The notes under the pieces: model-generated
Databases searched by the model: none
What the model was told of the DNA's origin: nothing
Seen by the model: the letters and a program-made list of their open reading frames with translations, nothing else
Translations under genes and position numbers: made by a program
Part shown: positions 12,028-25,500 of the stretch, piece after piece
Layout of the letters: each line of letters begins with the position of its first letter
How positions within the stretch are numbered: the stretch's first letter is position 1
NCBI GenBank assembly: GCA_965112735.1
Contig: OZ218950.1
Coordinates: forward strand, 6,696,001 to 6,760,000
Direction: 5' to 3'
DNA: 64,000 bases
DNA from: Phaeosaccion multiseriatum
Taxonomy: Eukaryota > Protista > Ochrophyta, other classes

Positions 12028-15000
12028 CTACAGCTCCACCCAAGCCTTCACACGGCCTGAAGATGCGTGAAACACCACCACGGGGGAGGAGAAGGGGGAG
12101 GAGGAGGGAGACGGAGAGGGAGAGTATCCACCCTCTCTTGTCTTGGCCCTACCCTCCCAGCCCCCCCCGTCTGTGCTGCCCCGTACGCTCTCTATCCTCC
12201 TTCTCCTCTCTCTACCCCCTCCATGCCGCGGCCCTCTTTGGCCTCCTCCCTGTGCTGGTAGACCAAAGAGACTCACTGGTACCCCAAAGAGACTCCTCCG
12301 GTTGCCCCAGCCTCTTTCTGGGGAAGTCGCAGCTGCTGTATCACCAACTGCTACTGCTGCTGCTGCTACTGCTGCTGCTGAAATGGCAGGCTCCTCGGCG
12401 CCGCTGTAGAAGGCCTCGGGATATGTCAATAAAGGATTGCCCCCCATCGGGCTGCTGGGCCGCCAAGACATCCCATCGCTGCTCCCTTCGTGCACCCCAC
12501 CCCCCCAGTCCCTCCCCTCCATCGCCCCCCTCGTCCCCTTCGTCGAGTGGATGGGAAAAGGGTTCGTCGCTGCCCCCCGAACGGAGGACCGATGGCTCAT
12601 CCTCACCCCCACCCCAATCGGGAAACCGAGGTGTGCATTTCGAAGCGAAGGAAGAACAGAGGCGAAACGTTGCTCGGCCTCTGCTGCTGCACCCCCCCTG
12701 GGTTCTGTTGCATCCCCCCTGGGTTCCGCGTCTCCCTCGGGCTCCGTCTCAGAGGAAGGACCAGCACACCACCGCTCCTCCCCTTCTCTCAAGGAAGAAG
12801 AAGCAGGCCCGTCACCCCCCTTCCTCAAGGAAGAAGCAGGCTTGTCCACCCCCTCCCTTGAGGAAGAAGCATACTCTGCCGCGCCGTGAGAACGAAAAGG
12901 CGGGAGGGAAGGACGACCAAGCTCCTCGCCAGCAATGCGACAGTTACAGAAAGCACCACCGCTAGCCAGCTCGACGCTAACACAGCACCAACTCTCACCC
13001 CCCTCGCCGCTGCCGTTGCCAACGAGCCCTTGGCCTTCCCAATCACCATCACCATCACCAGCAGCGACAGTCTCGAGGTGGCTCCGTAGGGGAGAGAAGG
13101 GGAAGCGTATTCTCGCCTGTTGCCTTGTTGTTAATGCTGCCGGTGCTCCAACACGTGTATGCGCATTTACATCGCTCCTTTTCCCCTCGTCTCCCTGCAG
13201 GGGCACCTCCTCCTCCTGCTCCTGCTCCTGCTGCTGCTGCTGCTGCTTCCTTTGACCCATACAGTGCTCCTGCCCCTCCCCCTCGTCTTCCTCCTCCTCC
13301 TCCTCCTCCTCCTCCTCCTGCGGCTCCTTCGTATCGACCTCCTCCTGCTCCTCTTCCTTCACTTCCCACTTTTCGGCCTCGTCCTCGTCCTCCTCCTCTT
13401 CTTCTTCCTTCTCCTCATGCTTGCTCCAAGCTGCAAGCCGTGGTGAAGCCCCTGACGCTTGGCTTCCTTCCGCTGCCATCCGGTCTTCTTGGCTATACGC
13501 CTTGATCCCACTTATTCCTCCCACGGGTTGCTCGAATGCTCCTACGCCCTCTTCTCCGTCTGCGTGGTCACCCCCCTCTGCGCCTACGGTCTTCAGCTCC
13601 TCTTCCTTCTCTACCACCACCACCACCACCACCTCCTCCTCCTCCTCCTCCTCTCCTTCCTCCTCCTCCTCCTCCTCCTCCTCCTCCTCCTCCTCCTCCT
13701 CCTCCTCCTCCTCCTCCTCGTCCTCGTCGTCCTCTTCAGTACCTCTCTTTCCTGTGCCACTGCTCCTGTGGCTGCTGCAGACCTCCTCCCCTGCCCCCCC
13801 CTCCTCATCAGCTAGCCCTGCCTCCCGCTCCTTGCCCGCTACCACTAGCGCCAGCATCCCCAAAGAAGACGTCTCCGGCCCTGTTGCTTCTTGCCCACCA
13901 GCATAGGGGGCCATTCTCTCATGTCCACCAACTGCTGCTGCTACTGTATCACCAATTGTTGCTGCTGCTGCTGCTGCTGCTGCTGTATCACCAACTGTTG
14001 CTGCCTCTTTCTGCAGCTGGTTTGCGGATCCTTCTCCTCCCCCCCCTCCTCCTCCTCCTCCTCCTCCTCCTCCTGCTGCTGCTGCTGCTGCTGCCACTAC
14101 CATTTGCTGTTTGTTCCTCCCCGCTCCTTCTACGGACTCTCGCCCTTCGAACGTCTCGGTTGTTGCCACCGTGTTTGCTGCTGCTATACCACCAACTCCT
14201 ACTCCTGCTGCTGGCTGAGGCGCTCTAGCTGTCCCTTGGTCTTCTCCTGCCCCCGTGCCAACTCGACTCCAACCCGTCCAACAGAAAGCCCCGCTTGAGC
14301 CACCTCCCGCACCAGCAGCGACGGTGACGACACCATCATCACAATCATCATGATCATGATTACCATCATCATTACCATCGTCGTCCTCGGTGGCCAGGCA
14401 AATCGCGACGGAGGAGGTGGGGTCAGCCCTTGGGGGGCACAAGGTCATTCCCGGGGGGTCAAGCAGGCCCAGGGGGGGAGACGACACCTGCCCACAGGTG
14501 AGCACTCTGCACAGCCTCTGCATACGGCGCTGCAGCTGGACAAGCACACACCTGCGCCAGAAGGCCTGCATCACTCTCGCAGCCCTCCACTCCACCTCCA
14601 CCTCCGTCTGCGTCGCCAGGCGGCGCTCAAAGGCACGACGAAGACTCCGTTGCTGGTCGCCGTACCCTCCTGCTTCTATTGCTCCTCCTTCTTCTCCTGC
14701 TCCTACTTCTTCTCCTGCTCCTGCTCCTCCTCCTCCACCACCACCACCACCACGATCACCTCCACCATTGCTTCCATACTTCAAGGCCTCTCTCTCTCTC
14801 GTCTCCTCCTCCTCCTCCTCCTGCTGCTCCTGCTGCTGCCGCGTCTGTGGTCCCTGGTGCTCCTCCATCTCCGCCCCACTATCGGCTCTGCCAAAAGAAA
14901 ACGCAGAGCCTCCATCCCGCAAAGCCTCCTCAAGCCCATCGAGTCGATCGTGCGCATGCTGCCCTCTGTCCTCCTCATCCTCCGGTGGTGGCGCCGGCGG

Positions 15001-15420
15001 TCCTCGATTCGAGAGCCTTTCTCCTCCTTCTCCTCCTCCTCCTGCTCCTCTTACTCCTCCTTCCTCTTCTACTACTTCCCCCCCTCCTCCTCCTCCTCCT
15101 GCCCCTCTTACTCCTCCTTCCCCTTCTACTACTCCCCCCCCTCCTCCTCCCGCTACTGCTGCTGCTGCCACTGCTTCTTGTCCATTGCCTCCGTGTCCTC
15201 TCGATGGCGGGGTCCTTTCCCGGTCTTCCCTTCCTCGACCGTATCTTCGACATGGGGAGCTTTCGCCGTCCCACCGCCGTCCCTCGCTGCTGCTGCTGCT
15301 GCTCCTGCTGCTGTTGCTGCTGTCGTCACCTGCACGTACTCTTGATGCAGTAGACCCAGGAGGATGGCTCAGGAAGCCAATACTCTCAGCCTCTCTTCCT
15401 CCATGTCCAGCAACAGCAGT

Positions 15421-15452
<32 letters not shown>

Positions 15453-16494
15453 GAGGGCTTCCGGGTCGGCGAGCAGGCAGAGGTGAGGTAGTGCTGTACG
15501 CAGCTGCCAAGGCTGCGTTGCACTCCCTCCGTATGTGCGCAACCTTGGCAAGCTGGTGCAGCTCTGCCGCCAGGAAGAGATGCGAATCATTCTGTTCGGT
15601 AATGTCATCCTCTTCATCTTCATGTTCTGTTTCGTCTTCGGTAGCGTCATCGCTTTCGCAAAACAGAGACGCACTTTCGGAATCAGAATCACAATCCTTG
15701 CCGCTGCTGTCACCACTTGCTGTGGTGTGCCTGCTGCCGTCCAAGCTATGTAGCTCAGCGCTAGATGGCGAGTATCGGCTGCTGCTTGAGCCTTCTGATG
15801 AGATGCTCTCACCCCGGGTCAAGCTACGCCTTCCACTGCTGCTGGTGACACTGCTACCTCTGGCACTGCTAGTACCACTGCTGCTTCCGCTCTTGGCATG
15901 CTCACGATTCTTCCTCCTCCTGAAGCTGTTCTCACCACCACTGCTGCTCTCGACATCCTCAGTCCTCCTCATCCTCCTCCTTCTCCTCCTCACGCTGCTG
16001 TCACCGATACCGCTGTTTTCGCTCTTGCCACTCCCAGGAGTCCTTTTGGTCCTCCCTGAAGCACACGCGCCTCTTCTTCTCTCTCTTTCACCGCCCCCAG
16101 AGTCTTTCCAAGCCCCCCCTCGTCCTTCTCCTGCCACAGCTGTCCCTGTCGCTCCTCGTTTGTTTTCCCGTGTGGCGCGTTCTGACCCCTCTGTTTGGTA
16201 TACTCCATCCTGTCGCCATCGATGCTCACCCTTAATGCCATGATCGTACGACTGGAGCCACTGCGGGGTAGCCCTCCCTCGATCGCCCTCTCTTAATCCA
16301 CATGCCCCAGTCTCCCTCTCCCGGCTGCCCTCCCTCACGCCGACCTGGGAGAGGTCTACTGCTTCATGTGCCACCTCTTGCTCTCGATGCTGCGCGCGCG
16401 ATTTGGCCTGTCTGGTCCTCTTTCTCTGCTTCAGGGTGGTCAGCAAGAGAGGGAGGTCGACTGGCCGCCCTTCGAGGCCAGATGCTACGGGCAT
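12028..16494 (-). CDS. Large low-complexity (E/G/S/A-rich) protein with one IQ-like motif; single long exon
   Basis: Stop-free frame of about 4.5 kb; IQ-like AARVMQAFWRR near 14580-14550. First ATG is at 16494 (the track starts at a GTG, 16530). The true start is uncertain. Confidence 0.55.
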
Positions 16495-16536
16495 TTTCAC
16501 CCTTCGTGAGTCACCCGTTGTGCGCTTCACTTCTGC

Positions 16537-16800
16537 TTACTGCTGCTGCTCCTTCTCCCTCTCTTCCTTCTCCAACTGCGCCTTATACTGCTCGATCTGG
16601 ACGGTTCTGTTCATCAGCAGGGCGGCCGATATGACAGACTGGGCGGCAAAGAGCATTCGATACCGAAGAGGGATGCGCCCAATCCCTCTAATCAACCTCG
16701 TCTGACGCACATACTCCTTGAAGCCCTTGAAGCTCTTCCCCCCGCCTCTTGCTGCTCCCGCCCCCCCTGACTGCGCACCAGAGCCCGGCTCACTCTTCAT
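16537..16800 (-). CDS. Small hypothetical protein (87 aa, one hydrophobic segment plus coiled tail)
   Basis: MKSEPG...FKEYVRQTRLIRGIGRIPLRYRMLFAAQSVISAALLMNRTVQIEQYKAQLEKEEREKEQQQ*. Non-repetitive, protein-like, divergent from the SNARE gene. Confidence 0.55.
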   Translation of the reverse strand: MKSEPGSGAQSGGAGAARGGGKSFKGFKEYVRQTRLIRGIGRIPLRYRMLFAAQSVISAALLMNRTVQIEQYKAQLEKEEREKEQQQ

Positions 16801-17086
16801 GTCTCGCGGGTGATTATTGTTAAGCTTTTTGATCGCTCTGCGCTCGGTGTAGGATCGCCCCCCCAAACTGAAACTGCGCAGAGGCGGTTCACACTTCGAT
16901 TCTCTTCCCTTCCCTCCTCTCCTGCCTTCCCCTCCACCACCCCCTTCTTGTGTGCCTGCATACTTGTCGCCGTGAGTCTCGTGAAGAAGGTTGTGTCGTC
17001 GTAACGGGTCCGAAAGGCCCATCACTTGCGCACTTCTCTCCTCTCCTCTCTCTCTCTCTCTTTCTCTCCTCTCTCTCTCCAACCTC

Positions 17087-17789
17087 ATGACAATGAACCT
17101 AACTGCGTCGGAGTGGCTCAATGAGTACGACCGGGCCCAGTCGTTGGTGCTGCAGGCCAAGACGATGGGTCGCGGTGCGCCGTCCTCGCAGGTCAGCCAC
17201 TTTTGCTTGTTGTTGTTTGTCCGCCCGGTACCAGAACTAGCGCGTCTGCTTGCAGAACCCCCTCCTTCCCCCCCACCTTTCTTGGTCGCCTACTTCCTCT
17301 CTACCGCTGGTTTTCTTCCGGTGTCGTTAAAGCCCTCCCACTCTACTCCTTTGATCCGCGATTCCCCCCCCCCCACACCACCCCTCCGCTCTGCCCGCCA
17401 GATGGGCGAGGCGTCTCGCCTCCTCGAGGTTCTCACCTACACCATGCGCCAGATGGAGCAGCGACCCGTCGACTTTAGCCTGTAAGTCGGGGATTCGGCG
17501 CCCCTTTCTTTCTGTCGAGATCGGGCGCGGAGGCCGTACCCCCCTCCTCTGCCTGTCTAAACGTGCTGCTGCCACTGCTACCGCTCCTCCCGCTATGTTC
17601 GCATCCGATGCTCCCCAGCACCCAAACAGAGCTGTCGAGGCGACGCATTCTGCTACAGCGTCTCCGTGGCTCCTTCCAAGAGATCAGTCCCAACAGCTCC
17701 GGGGGGGGGGAGGCCTCATCAGCGGCATCCAGGATGGAAAGCGGAGGTACGCTACTGCTCTATCACCACCTCTATTTTACTTCTGCTGC

Positions 17790-17821
<32 letters not shown>

Positions 17822-18937
17822 TTTCTGTCTTGTTGCTTACGACTTATCTCCTCACGCATCTCTGGGTAGGCCGGTAACGCCGTCTGTGGTCCACGAGAGG
17901 GAACGGACAAAAAGGGAATGGGACCGACGGGTCAGGCAAAAAGGCATTGTAGCTCAGCCCACCCATCAACACCACCACCCCTTCCCTCCCCGCTTTTCCG
18001 TCCCGTCCTGTCCTACAACTGCAGGAGGAGGCGCAAGAGGAGGAAGCGGTAGGCTGATCTCTCAGAAGGAGCAAATGCGAGAGCAAGACCGCATGCTCTC
18101 TGCCCTCGGCCAGGGGGTGGGCAGGCTGCATCAGCAGACCATGATGATCAACGAGGAGGCCAACCTTCATGTGCGCTTGCTCGGAGACATGGACCTCGAT
18201 GTCGACAAGGCCTCCACAGGTGAGTGAGTGAATGAGTGGGTGGGTGAGTGGGTGAGTGAGTGGGTGAGTGAGTGGGTGAGTGAGTGAAAGAGTGGGTAGG
18301 TGAGTGAGTGAGTGGGTGAGTGGGTGAGTGAGTGAGTGAGTGAGTGAGCGGGTGGGTGAGTGACTTGAGTTGGTCAAAGCGTTCTGGCTCGGTCGCTTTT
18401 ACCGTTTTGCTCCAGTACGGGCACTCGAGTAGCCATGTGGGTTGCTGGTTGTGCTTCTGTTGTGCTGCTGTGGTGCTGCTGTGGTAGTCGGTACTCGTAC
18501 CTCTGAAATGGATGCTTGAGAGTCAAGTTGGTCAGAGCCATTTGGTCGCTCAGGCAATCGGGCCTAAGCGTGGGCGAGGCGGGGCTGGAGGGTTGAGAGT
18601 GGGCGGGGCTATTCAATGAGTGGCCGGGTGACTCGCGAAAGAGAGATTTACGCGAAGGACGAATGAATACAGAAAATGAGCGGTATCGCACTTTTCCCCT
18701 ACATGCCCCGTAACCTTCCCTCTGAACTCCCCCACTCCCCCCCCCCTCTCTCCCTCTTCTCTCCCTTCTCCTCTCATCTCCTACCCTCTCCTCTCCTCTC
18801 CCCTCCTCTCTGCAGGCCTGCGTCAAGAGGCAATGCATGCTCAGACGCTACGCAAGAAGAACAAGACTTTCTGCCTCTACGTCATCATCTTCGCTCTCCT
18901 CGCCGTCCTTATCCTCCTCCTCATCCTCGGGGTCTGA
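17087..18937 (+). CDS. Qc-SNARE, syntaxin-8/SYP5-like
   Basis: Five exons: N-terminal helices (W..EY, ELSRRR..L), SNARE motif QMREQDRMLSALGQGVGRLHQQTMMINEEANLHVRLLGDMDLDVD, C-terminal TM FCLYVIIFALLAVLILLLILGV*. Confidence 0.9.
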
Positions 18938-18963
18938 GGAGCCACTCGACCACACCGCCCCCC

Positions 18964-19004
<41 letters not shown>

Positions 19005-21184
19005 CGCCTTTCTTCCGCCCCTCCTTGGTGCCTCCTTGAGGGGAGGGAACAATACGTGTGATCCTTTGTGCTGAGAGAGGGGCAAAGCACTTGGAACCCG
19101 AAACCGAAATGAAACTGAACCGGGGGACGAGCGAGGAGGGCGTCGTTGACATGACAAGGGCAGGGAAGGATTGCGGTCAGTCAACCCCATGACCTCCTCC
19201 TCCTCCAACCTCCAACAGCACCAGCAGTTGATGGTACGGCTGGAGCAGCAGTAGCAGCAGGAGAGTAGTTGGTGATGCAGCAGCAGATGGGGCAATTGGT
19301 GCTACGGCAGCAGCAGTTGGTGATACAGCAGCCATCACAACTGGACCTCGCTCGTCTATTGTCTTGGGCAGGGGTGCCGGTACCGCGGGACGCCTCCCTC
19401 CCCTCCTCTCCCCTCCCCTCCCCTCTCGCTTACTCGGCAGTCGGGGTGGGCAGGTGGGCAGGGGGGCGCTACTGCATAAGTGCCATTCACTCTTGCGCTT
19501 TCATGCATTCTCGCTGCTAGGAGGGCTTCGAGATGGGCTGCTTTTTGGGGAGGTGGGGTGGGGGATAGGGATCAATCTCCTGCGATTACTTTGCCTTTGT
19601 ACAGTAGAGGATGGTACAGCCAGGCCCCTTCTTCGGACCAAGGGGAGGCCCAACGCCCTTGAGAGTCAGTGCCAGCAAGACAATAGTGATTGGGCACGGA
19701 CGGACGCTCTGGTGATCTGTGGACACGGCATCCCCCCCCCCCCCCACCGAGGTTGGCCAAGTTGGGCCCCAGATTTGGGCCCCACACTCCACTCAGGGGC
19801 GGTGATGATAGAGAGCATCGATCCGACCCTTTGCTACGCTTGAACGCTTGCTTCTGTACGCACGGAGGGTGGAAGGAGGGCGAGGCAGGCCGGGGGACGC
19901 CTCACCCCACCCCATTCGCGCCCTGATTGAGGCGTCTGCTGGGCAGGGCTTGCTCCGAAGGCGTGGCTTTCTGCTGGGCTCCCCGTCTGATGGCAAGAGC
20001 TCAAGAGCTCAACTTGGGGGGGGGGGGGGGCTCCTGCGAAGGGCGAGACTGACTGTCGGTGATGAAGGTGATGAACTTGAAAGTAATTAACACTCGAGTT
20101 TAAAAAAAAGTGGCTCTAAAACCGGTTTCATGGGTTTCCGGGCCGGGGTTGATGGGGGTTGGATGTTGACGATTGAAGGGCAAAAAACGTACTTTTGGTA
20201 CTTTTTTTCTTTTGTGAGTTTGTGACGAGCACTCCTTGTGTTTTCTCTGAAATTCAACCTCACGATGGCTACCTGGATGCGCCGATGCGCGGTGAGTGGA
20301 GCAGGCCATCTGCGGATGCCGCTGGAGAAGCAGTCAACCACAGCCGTGACTCGTCGCAACGCCCTCTGCCTCGCAGCATTGGCCTTTGGAGGAGGGACGA
20401 CGGTCCAGCAGCAGCAGGGGCAGCATCAGGGGCAGCATCAGGGGCAGCAGCAGAATGGTGCCGGAGCCGCGAAAGCAATGAGATCACCGGTGGTGGCCTT
20501 GCCACAAGAGCGGAACCATCGGCTTCCCTAGATGGATGCCTCTGGAGAAGCAATCGACCGCCGTTGCGAGACGAGGCGGCGGAGAGAGTCCAGTAGCAGC
20601 AGAGCTGTGAGAGAGCTTCATCACCAGGGCGGATGTGGAGGGATGAGCAATACCTCCCCCCACAGGCCACCACAAACTTGTGGCGGCTGTGAGATGATAT
20701 GGGCGTCAAGGTCGATACACAAGGCAGCTCGGACGACCACACCACACCTGCTGATGGAGTTCATTGTCAGCCTCACCACCCACCACCGGGGGAGTGGTGG
20801 GTGCTTCTGGCCACAGACGCACCTTTTTTTTTGAGAGAGCTGGCACGCGGACCACCAGTGGAAGCCGCGACACTGGCAGGCACCCCGACGACTTTCCTCA
20901 TCGGTGGGTGAGGAGCTAACAGATATGGAAAAGCCCTGGCATTTTTGCGCTGCGTTTGCACGGCACGGCCATCGGCATCGTCAATGAGTGCCGAAAAGAC
21001 CACCAGCACCTCCACATCACACTGGCGAGGGCTTAGCTCGACTCACTGCCATCGGGCCCTACCCAACGCCGAAAAGCGATGCCGTCACCGCCGCCTCCAG
21101 AGCATCAAGACGCGTCGAGAATTTTGAACCAATTTTGTGTGTATAAATAACATAATTGACGACAAGATACGTATATAAACTCCT

Positions 21185-22479
21185 CTACCTGCCCTCAGCC
21201 CCCCTCCCTGGGCACCTTGTCGAGCAGCTCCGCCCACCTCGCGGCCACCTTCCTGTCCCGCTCCTTCTTACTCATGCCGCCCAAGCTCTGCACCTGGAGG
21301 GAGAGAGAGAGATGGGAGGGGGCTTTAGGCTTTGGGCAATGTACTGACCCCCACACTCACATGGGAACCCCAAGCGACAGATAGAGATAGATAGAGATAG
21401 ATAGATAGATAGATGGATGGATGGATAGGCAGACGGGATGCAATGCATCTCGCGGAAAAGGGACCACCCACCCCTTCTCCTCCCTCCTCCCATCCACTGC
21501 CATCCCCTCACTTGCCTGCAACACAAGGCTGTAGCCGGCCTCAAAGTCGCTGCGGCTATTCATGAGGCTGTAAGGGGAGAGCACGCACTGCAGGGCACTC
21601 GCAGCCGTCACCAGCCCGCGGAGGAAGCTTGCTGCGAATGTGTACACGAGGAGCACCGCCAGCCCGACAGCCACACTCACGCCTGTTGCAGTAGGGCCGA
21701 GGAGGGAGGAGGGAGGGAGGGAGGGGAGGGGGGGAGGAAAGTGGAAGGAGGAGGAGGAGGAGGAGGAGGAGGAGGAGGAAGAGGAGGAGGAGGAGGAGGA
21801 GGAGGAGGAGGAGGAGGAGGAGGAGGGGGAGGAGGAGGAGGAGGAGAAGGAGGAGGAGGAGGAGGAGGAGGAGGAGGAGGAGGAGGAGGAGAAGGAGGAG
21901 GAGGCGGAGGCGAAGGAGGAGGCGAAGGAGGAGGAAGAGGAGGAGGAGGCGGAGGGAGGGACGGGGCAGTGTGCGTGGGATGTTGGAACGCCAAGATTGG
22001 GCAGGAATGGACTTCCTTCAGTGCATCCAATCCGTCAGCTTCTACCAACTCACCCCCACTCCACCCGACCCCACGCCTCCCCCCCCCCCCCCCTCACCTA
22101 TCCAAAACAGGCCCCTTGCCACGCTAACGTCGTTAATTGTGTCGACCATGTTAACCCTCTCCACACGCACGAGGTAGTACAGAGTGCTTGCGCTGTTTCC
22201 AGCGGCGTCTTGCACATTGTACGCCACTTGCCATGTGCTGTCTCTATCTGGGCTTTTGGTGAGATCACCTTTTGGGGTTGTTTGCAAGAGAGGCATGGGG
22301 GTGCAAGAGAGAGAAGAGGGGGGGGTGGGGGGAGGTGAGTGGAGGAAGAGGCGGAGGAGGAGGAGGAGGAGGAGGAGTAGCCAGTAGAGGAATGGACGGG
22401 AACAGACACGTGAGGCTCGCTTCCTTGCCTTTCCACCTTGTTCCTTACACACACACAAACACAGACAGACAGACAGACA

Positions 22480-22516
<37 letters not shown>

Positions 22517-25500
22517 GCGCACACACACACACACACTCGTGGTACCTCACCTCTGGTGATGTTGGGGGTGAGGTCAACAAGGCCGTTCGCGGTGCTGTCT
22601 GTGGCTCTAAAGCAATCACTCGACGCGTACACTGCCTCTCCCAACTGTTGCAAGAGGGAGAGAGTGAGAGGGAAGGGAGGCAGAGACAGAGCGAGAGGGG
22701 GGAGGGGGGGGGGGGGAGGCAGGAAGGCAGGAAGGCAGAGAGTGGGAGGCAAGGGTTGGAAAAGAAGGGATCGCCTCCTGCACGCGCCTATTCGCCTCCT
22801 GCGCACACCCACAATGCCTGCCCATATGCCTGCTGCCCATATGCCTGCCCATATGCCTGCCTCTGCCCTGTATGCCCCACCTTTCGCAGGAAGGCCTCAA
22901 TGATGCCCTCGTCAAGCTCCTCGCTCACTGCCTTATGCAAACCGTCCGCGCTCACCACCCCCACGCTTCCAAAGGCCTTGAAGAGCCCCTCCCCACACCC
23001 CTTACGGCTCAACGCCTCTAGAGACGGCGGCTGCACGTCCACACACCCCTCACCGCCCATGTCGACGCGTCTGTTGGGAGGGGGGTAAGCATCAGGTATC
23101 GAAGGTTGGTTGGTTGGTTGGTTGGTTGGTCGGTTGGCCGGTTGGTTGGTAAGTAGGTAGATTGGCAGATAGGTGGGTCTTCTCGCAGGCATCGAGCAGA
23201 AGAGAGGAGAGGAGGGGGGGAGAGTGAAAAGCGCAGCAAAGAAGGGGACATCGAGATTGAAGTGGAGCAGGTCTTTCCAACGGTGCTATGCGAGAGAGAC
23301 AGAGACAGAGACAGACAGACAGACAAGACAGAGGCGAGAAGCCCGCGTGGGTGCCACGTCCTCCTCTCTCACCTCCCGTCTCCGGCATACCCCGGGGGGC
23401 AGGTGCAGTGGAAGGACCCCTCTGTGTTGACGCAAGCTGCCATCTCATCGCAGTTGTGGTGCAGCTCCAAGTGAGGGCCTTCGTACGAGCACTGATGACG
23501 ATGATGGAGGAGGGGAGAGAGGCAGGGAGATGAGGGACTGAGATAGAGAGGAGCACTGACACCAAGGTGCCATCTCTCCCTCCCTCTCTCCACTCGCTTT
23601 CTTCAACCCCACTCTCTCCCTCTCTCCCTCCCTCTCTTCTCTCGCTCACCCTTGCCCCTCCCCCCGTCCCCCCATGCCTCCACTCCCCCATACCCCGCCC
23701 TCGTCCTCTGAATTGTACTCACCTCATCAGTGTCCAACACATGCACCTCCCTGACCTTCTCTATGGCGTCAATGTGAAGCCACGGTGTCTCTATCGAGTA
23801 CAGGACTGAGTACTCCCCCACCTCCTTCATCCACGCCCCGAAGGGCTGCGAGTATCTAATCTTGACCCTTCGCTCATCGTCCTACCGTTACAGCCACGGA
23901 GGAGGGGCCAGAGGGGGGAGGAGGGGCAGGAGGGGCAGGAGGGGGAGGAGCGAGTATCAAGCCAGCAAGGCAAGCAAACAAGCATCACGTTAGTGAGCAG
24001 CAGCAGGATTATGTCGATGAAACTCAGGCTCAAACTGAAACTGAAACCGTATCATCTCAAGCTCACCTCTTGGTTCTCATCGACAACTGTGACCCCGTGT
24101 TCGGTATAGGGATCGCCTTGATTGAGGTAGAGGGGGGAGGGCCCGTTGATGAAGATGTCGGGCACCGATCCACTTAGGCAGTTGGTGGTACGGTCCAGTC
24201 TCCGTCTGCCGGGAGCGCCCATCAGTAGATCGCCACCAGTTGTGCTGCCCTGCTTCTGCTGCCATGACACCGTCGGAGTGGAGCATGCGAGGGAGAGGTA
24301 GGGAGGGAGGGAGGAAGAGAAGGACGCAGGGAGGGAGTGAGGAAGGGAGGGGGGGGGGGGAAGGAGGGAGGGAGGGATGGAGGATGAGAACGGAGGGCAG
24401 GAGAACGGAGGGAGAGGCAGGAGGGAGGGAGAGAGACGCGAGGGAAAAAGGTAGAAAGCCCTGCCCGGCAGGTGTCACATCGCCACGATCGAGTGCTGCC
24501 TGTATATCAATCCATATGCCATCCTCACCTTCTCCTCGCCCTCCCCCTCTCCCTCTCCCTCCGCTGCCCCTGCCGCCGATGCGGTTGGGAAGCCAATGAA
24601 GTCCACTGGCAGGGGTTCTGAGGGGCTGCTGTAGGCCTGATAGCCCGGCTTGGGCACGCATTCGTAGGCCTTTCTCTCGGCCTTGCGGAGGCACCTGCAG
24701 TTGAGGATAGTCGAGGAGGAGAGGAAGTGTGCTTAGATTGGTTGGTCTGTGGGAATGAGTCATGTGGGCAGCAGTCCGGTACGTAAGTGATGGATGGTAC
24801 TCTCCTCGCAGTAGGCACGCACTGTCAATACGTAAGAGGCGCACACTACCTGCAGTTGGTGGGGCAGGTATGGTCCGCGCAAAAGTCCTCCGTGACGGGC
24901 ACGTCTTTCTCGCACACGCCCTCCACCAGCTTGTAGCCCTGGGGGGGTAGAGAGGGAGGGAGGGAGGGGTTGAGGAGGAGGGCGAGGGTGACCACAGAAG
25001 CATTTGACACCGATCCCTACATTAGTTTACATGTACTATGGCCCTGGAAGCTGAACCTGAAACTGTTCTCCCACGTACCTTATGGCACTCGCACGAGAAG
25101 CTGTTGGGCCCCCATCCTCCCTCCCCCCCCCCCCCCTCCTCCTTGTTCCCGGCCTTGCACGAAGAGTGCGGCCCACAGACCACCCCCTCGCAGGGATCGG
25201 AGGTGCAGCGGAGGTCCCTCCGGCAGGTTTGATAGCACTCCTCGGGCTGTTAAAAGAGAGAGAGACGCACCGATGAGCCCATCGCTAACGGAAGGAAGAG
25301 GAAGACAAAAGGAGCGGAGGGGAGAGGGAGGGGAACCAAGCACCTTTCACCGTTCTCCCGTCCTTCCTTCCTTCCCCACTCACTCACTCACTCACTCACT
25401 CACATCTTCGCAGCTGCTGCTACTGAAGCCCCTGCAGCACAGCCTGGAATCGCTGCTGTCGCTTCCCTCTCCCCCGCCACACTTGCCCGGGATAACGTTC

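Noticed and set aside
14390-16243. 617-aa plus-strand ORF overlapping the long minus ORF
   Set aside because: Antisense shadow in GC-rich triplet-repeat sequence with no domain features.
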